Below are positions 61,104-64,000 of a DNA stretch of 64,000 nt, piece by piece. A program made the translations under genes and the position numbers. This DNA is from Entomortierella parvispora E1425. Lineage: Eukaryota > Fungi > Mortierellomycota. The DNA lies in assembly GCA_020891255.1 (NCBI GenBank), contig BQFW01000005.1:868001-932000 (forward strand), in the 5' to 3' direction. The notes beneath the pieces were generated by a model, which saw nothing but the letters and a program-made list of their open reading frames with translations, had not been told where the DNA came from and did no database searches. Numbering within the stretch: position 1 is the stretch's first letter; every line of letters begins with the position of its first letter.

Positions 61104-62870
61104 ATGGTGTATATCACGGCTTTGGAGCTGCCCGAGATCAGTGCTGTTGTCGGTTCGTATCTACCCCTCGGTTCCCTGAGTCGATGCACCCTGGTCTGTC
61201 GCGCCTGGCGACGCCGCTTTCTTCCGGACTTGTGGCGCAACTTTGGGACCCAGAACTATTTTGGCGGGAGAAACAAACCACCACCAGCGCTGTCGGTCAA
61301 AGTGCTTGCTGCTTTAGAAAAACATGCGAGTCTGGTCCGTCAACTCCATATCCAAGAGTATTTTCTAGTCCAGCTCCAGTCCATCTACCTCCCCAATCTC
61401 CAATCGCTTTCCGTTGCTCCATATTTTGCTGCCCTCGACCAACAGGAAGCACAGACGGCGCTGGAGGATCTGATCGAGCGACATGATCGCCTGCAGATAC
61501 TGGGAATTGAAAACAGGAACACATTGCGGATGCAGATTGTCTGGGATATAGAGACGAGGAGGAAAACCGCCAGTGATGGGGACGAAAGATTTCAGGAACA
61601 ACAGCAGCTTCGAACCTTGTCTGTCCATGATCATGTTCTTGACGCACAGGAGCTTTGTATGAACAAAAACGCTGGCTGGGATCTTTTACGAGGATTGGAA
61701 ACCCTCTCACTGACACGGACCAAGTGGACTCTTACAAAAGACGACAGCGTGTCATTATCGTCCTTACTTCTTCGCGACCATTTCTCCCATCTAAGAAACA
61801 ACCGGATTCAATCTCTGTCCCTGATCGACTGTCAACCTCAGTCGACGGATCTAGACTTCCAGATCATCACCCACTGCCAACAATTGCGATCTCTGACATG
61901 GCACCAAAGAGGATTTGATGATTGGCAAGATGAAAGTCTGGATCTCGTATCAGGCATGGCAAAAGGCCTGGCAGAAAGGCTTTGGCCCTATCTTGACACG
62001 ATTGAACTATGCCTCAAGAATGCAAAGGACGATCAATACGCAGAGGTGATTGAGAATCTCGGCCGTCACTCTCCCTTGAGAAGCTTAACAATGAGCAAAA
62101 CCACTTTTGGACCTAAATCTGCCCAGGCCCTCCTCTATGGTCAAGGCGGTCGCCATCGGGCCAGTTTGGAGAAACTATACATTCGATATTGTCGTTCCGT
62201 AACAGGCGCGATGGTCCACCAGGTTTTATGCTCATTTACAAAACTCACTACTTTGCAAGCACCCTTTATAACAGAGTTGGATGTCCTTCAAGACCCAAAG
62301 CCGTGGGTCTGTCTCGGAATGAAGGACTTAAAAGTTTGTCTGTATGTACCGATTCTTGGAGCGGACATGGACCTGAATACGATCACGGTCGTGGATCCAA
62401 CCGTCCCTGTCACTAGCAAGTCTCTACCGCCTGTTGTCCCCCGACCCTCGACTGCTTTACTGGACAGGATTGCAACGCTTACTCGATTAGAGCTGTTGAA
62501 TGTAGCATGTCGTGATACTGTGGTGCCTCCAAGAGCACCATTGACTGTTCAGCACAGACGCCCGACCGACTGTTGGACTGTTCCGCCCATCCAGTTGGAC
62601 AATGATGAGGGCACTGTTTCCGATCACTTTAGTGGCTATAGTGGCAGCCTGACTCGCCTGGGAAGTCTGAAACGACTACGAGAATTCATTCCGACTTCAA
62701 CAGGCCATTGCTGGACCATGCGGGAGGCACAGTGGATGGTAGAAAACTGGCCACAATTGGTCAGCCTTGAGTGCAGTCCTTTGCTCGACAATCAAATGAC
62801 GTCTGAAGAAGTGTCCCTCTTCCTTGAGCAGCATGGCGTAGAAGATAATTATGACTTCCTATTTGACTAG
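61104..62870 (+). CDS. F-box/LRR (RNI-like) protein, intronless, intact
   Basis: MVYITALELPEISAVVGSYLPLGSLSRCTLVCRAWRRRFLPDLW; LRR units; DPKPWVCLGMKDL and WMVENWPQLVSL motifs. Confidence 0.88.
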   Translation: MVYITALELPEISAVVGSYLPLGSLSRCTLVCRAWRRRFLPDLWRNFGTQNYFGGRNKPPPALSVKVLAALEKHASLVRQLHIQEYFLVQLQSIYLPNLQSLSVAPYFAALDQQEAQTALEDLIERHDRLQILGIENRNTLRMQIVWDIETRRKTASDGDERFQEQQQLRTLSVHDHVLDAQELCMNKNAGWDLLRGLETLSLTRTKWTLTKDDSVSLSSLLLRDHFSHLRNNRIQSLSLIDCQPQSTDLDFQIITHCQQLRSLTWHQRGFDDWQDESLDLVSGMAKGLAERLWPYLDTIELCLKNAKDDQYAEVIENLGRHSPLRSLTMSKTTFGPKSAQALLYGQGGRHRASLEKLYIRYCRSVTGAMVHQVLCSFTKLTTLQAPFITELDVLQDPKPWVCLGMKDLKVCLYVPILGADMDLNTITVVDPTVPVTSKSLPPVVPRPSTALLDRIATLTRLELLNVACRDTVVPPRAPLTVQHRRPTDCWTVPPIQLDNDEGTVSDHFSGYSGSLTRLGSLKRLREFIPTSTGHCWTMREAQWMVENWPQLVSLECSPLLDNQMTSEEVSLFLEQHGVEDNYDFLFD

Positions 62871-63298
62871 TTTTGTATATCTATAAAGATATAGTACTTG
62901 CCCTCAACCGTGAAAGACCATTCTTTCTTTTCTTTTTTGTAATATTATAGGCTTATATCTCAAAAGACAGGGACACCAAGTATGACACATCCTTGAGCGC
63001 TTCACCAGCCCTAGCCTCCAATGTCTTTGATATTATTACCGTCTAAATTCAAGGTGATCAATGTCGATTTGGTTCAAGGTGGTCACGGTTGAATTGGTTT
63101 TGAGTGCCTCACCTGGAGGAAGGCGCTCTTTCTTTCAGCAAGATGTAGACTTTTTTTTTTTTTTTTTTTTTAATTTATTGTCAATTTGAACCGAAGATGG
63201 CTGAACTCGCGGTGATCAGATCGTCGTGAAGGTGCGTCCGGGACAACGAGACAACGTTATCTGATCAAGTTTGAAAGAAAACTCCTATTTCTATTCGA

Positions 63299-63637
63299 TT
63301 ATACAGGAGGCCATCCACCTCTCTTCATGACTGCGCTCGGCTGGCTTGTATGTTTAATCTTGAACTGGGGATACCCATCGATATCGATGTAGCTGTAACC
63401 AGACGCGGCTGCCCCGGTACCAATGCGTTGATATTCTTTGCCAGCTTCGATACGGCCTCCAAAAATTTCATATGATCCGTTGCTTTTCAGCACCTTGAAA
63501 TGAAAAGACGTTCCCACTTTCTGCGAGTTGTGAATCCTGAGAGAGTAATCCGAGTCTTCAAGTCCCACCAAGAGCTGTACTTTTGCGATCTTGGTACCGT
63601 CCTTGGAATTCAGTACAGCCTTCCCTCCAACACCCAT
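63299..63637 (-). CDS. Small (112 aa) orphan protein, beta-strand-like composition
   Basis: ATG 63637 (MGVGGKAVLNSKDG...KRGGWPPV); balanced globular composition unlike the low-complexity shadow ORFs; no family recognised. Confidence 0.6.
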   Translation of the reverse strand: MGVGGKAVLNSKDGTKIAKVQLLVGLEDSDYSLRIHNSQKVGTSFHFKVLKSNGSYEIFGGRIEAGKEYQRIGTGAAASGYSYIDIDGYPQFKIKHTSQPSAVMKRGGWPPV

Positions 63638-64000
63638 GACGATTAGTTTTAAACGAGTGTGATTTTGAACGAAGATGGAAAATGTGATAAGAAGGAGGAG
63701 CAAGAGCAATTGGAAGCGAGAGACTAGGAAAAGAGAATTGGGAAATAGGTGTGGGCTTGAAGGAGTGTCTTTTATATATTTTTGTTGGGTATTATAGATA
63801 CCAATGGTTACTTTTTTGGTTAGAGTGTTGACTGACCTCGCCTTTGCAAATGAAAAGAGCGCATTGGGCACTCGCACTGTTCTTCACTTTTTACTCCTGC
63901 CGTTGTGGCTGCTGGGCAAAAGAAAATTTCAAGGGGCACGCCCTCTTAATCCTGGTAAAGACTCCAACCTGCCAGCTTAAAGGCGGCGTCCGCCATCGCC

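Overview
Eukaryotic genomic DNA from a fungus, most likely Mortierellaceae (Mortierellomycotina). This is inferred from short GT-AG introns, the fungal alpha-aminoadipate lysine gene LYS4, and intronless F-box/LRR genes with the 'ALELPEI...DP[RK]PWVC...W...WPxL' pattern; the genus cannot be determined. The window has two halves. Bases 1-31.4 kb hold intact-looking, mostly intron-containing, largely housekeeping genes: C2H2 factor, Ash1-like GATA factor, aldo-keto reductase, LYS4, glutaredoxin, GAPDH, IRC3-like helicase, NIPA Mg transporter, type II NADH dehydrogenase, Edc1/PNRC-like decapping activator, scramblase and a HAD phosphatase. Bases 31.6-64 kb form an accessory, high-turnover region: at least 7 F-box/LRR genes or relics (several broken), three FAD monooxygenase paralogues, a beta-lactamase-family hydrolase, a Myb-repeat protein, an I9 inhibitor, an SDR, a TlpA-like thioredoxin, two orphan ORFs, two atypical tRNA genes, a Ty3/Gypsy integrase relic and a 180-bp Tc1/mariner-type MITE. 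The most notable structures are a duplicated head-to-head F-box/LRR gene pair with reciprocal partner loss, and an F-box::monooxygenase chimeric junction. Exon boundaries were read by eye and no database searches were run.
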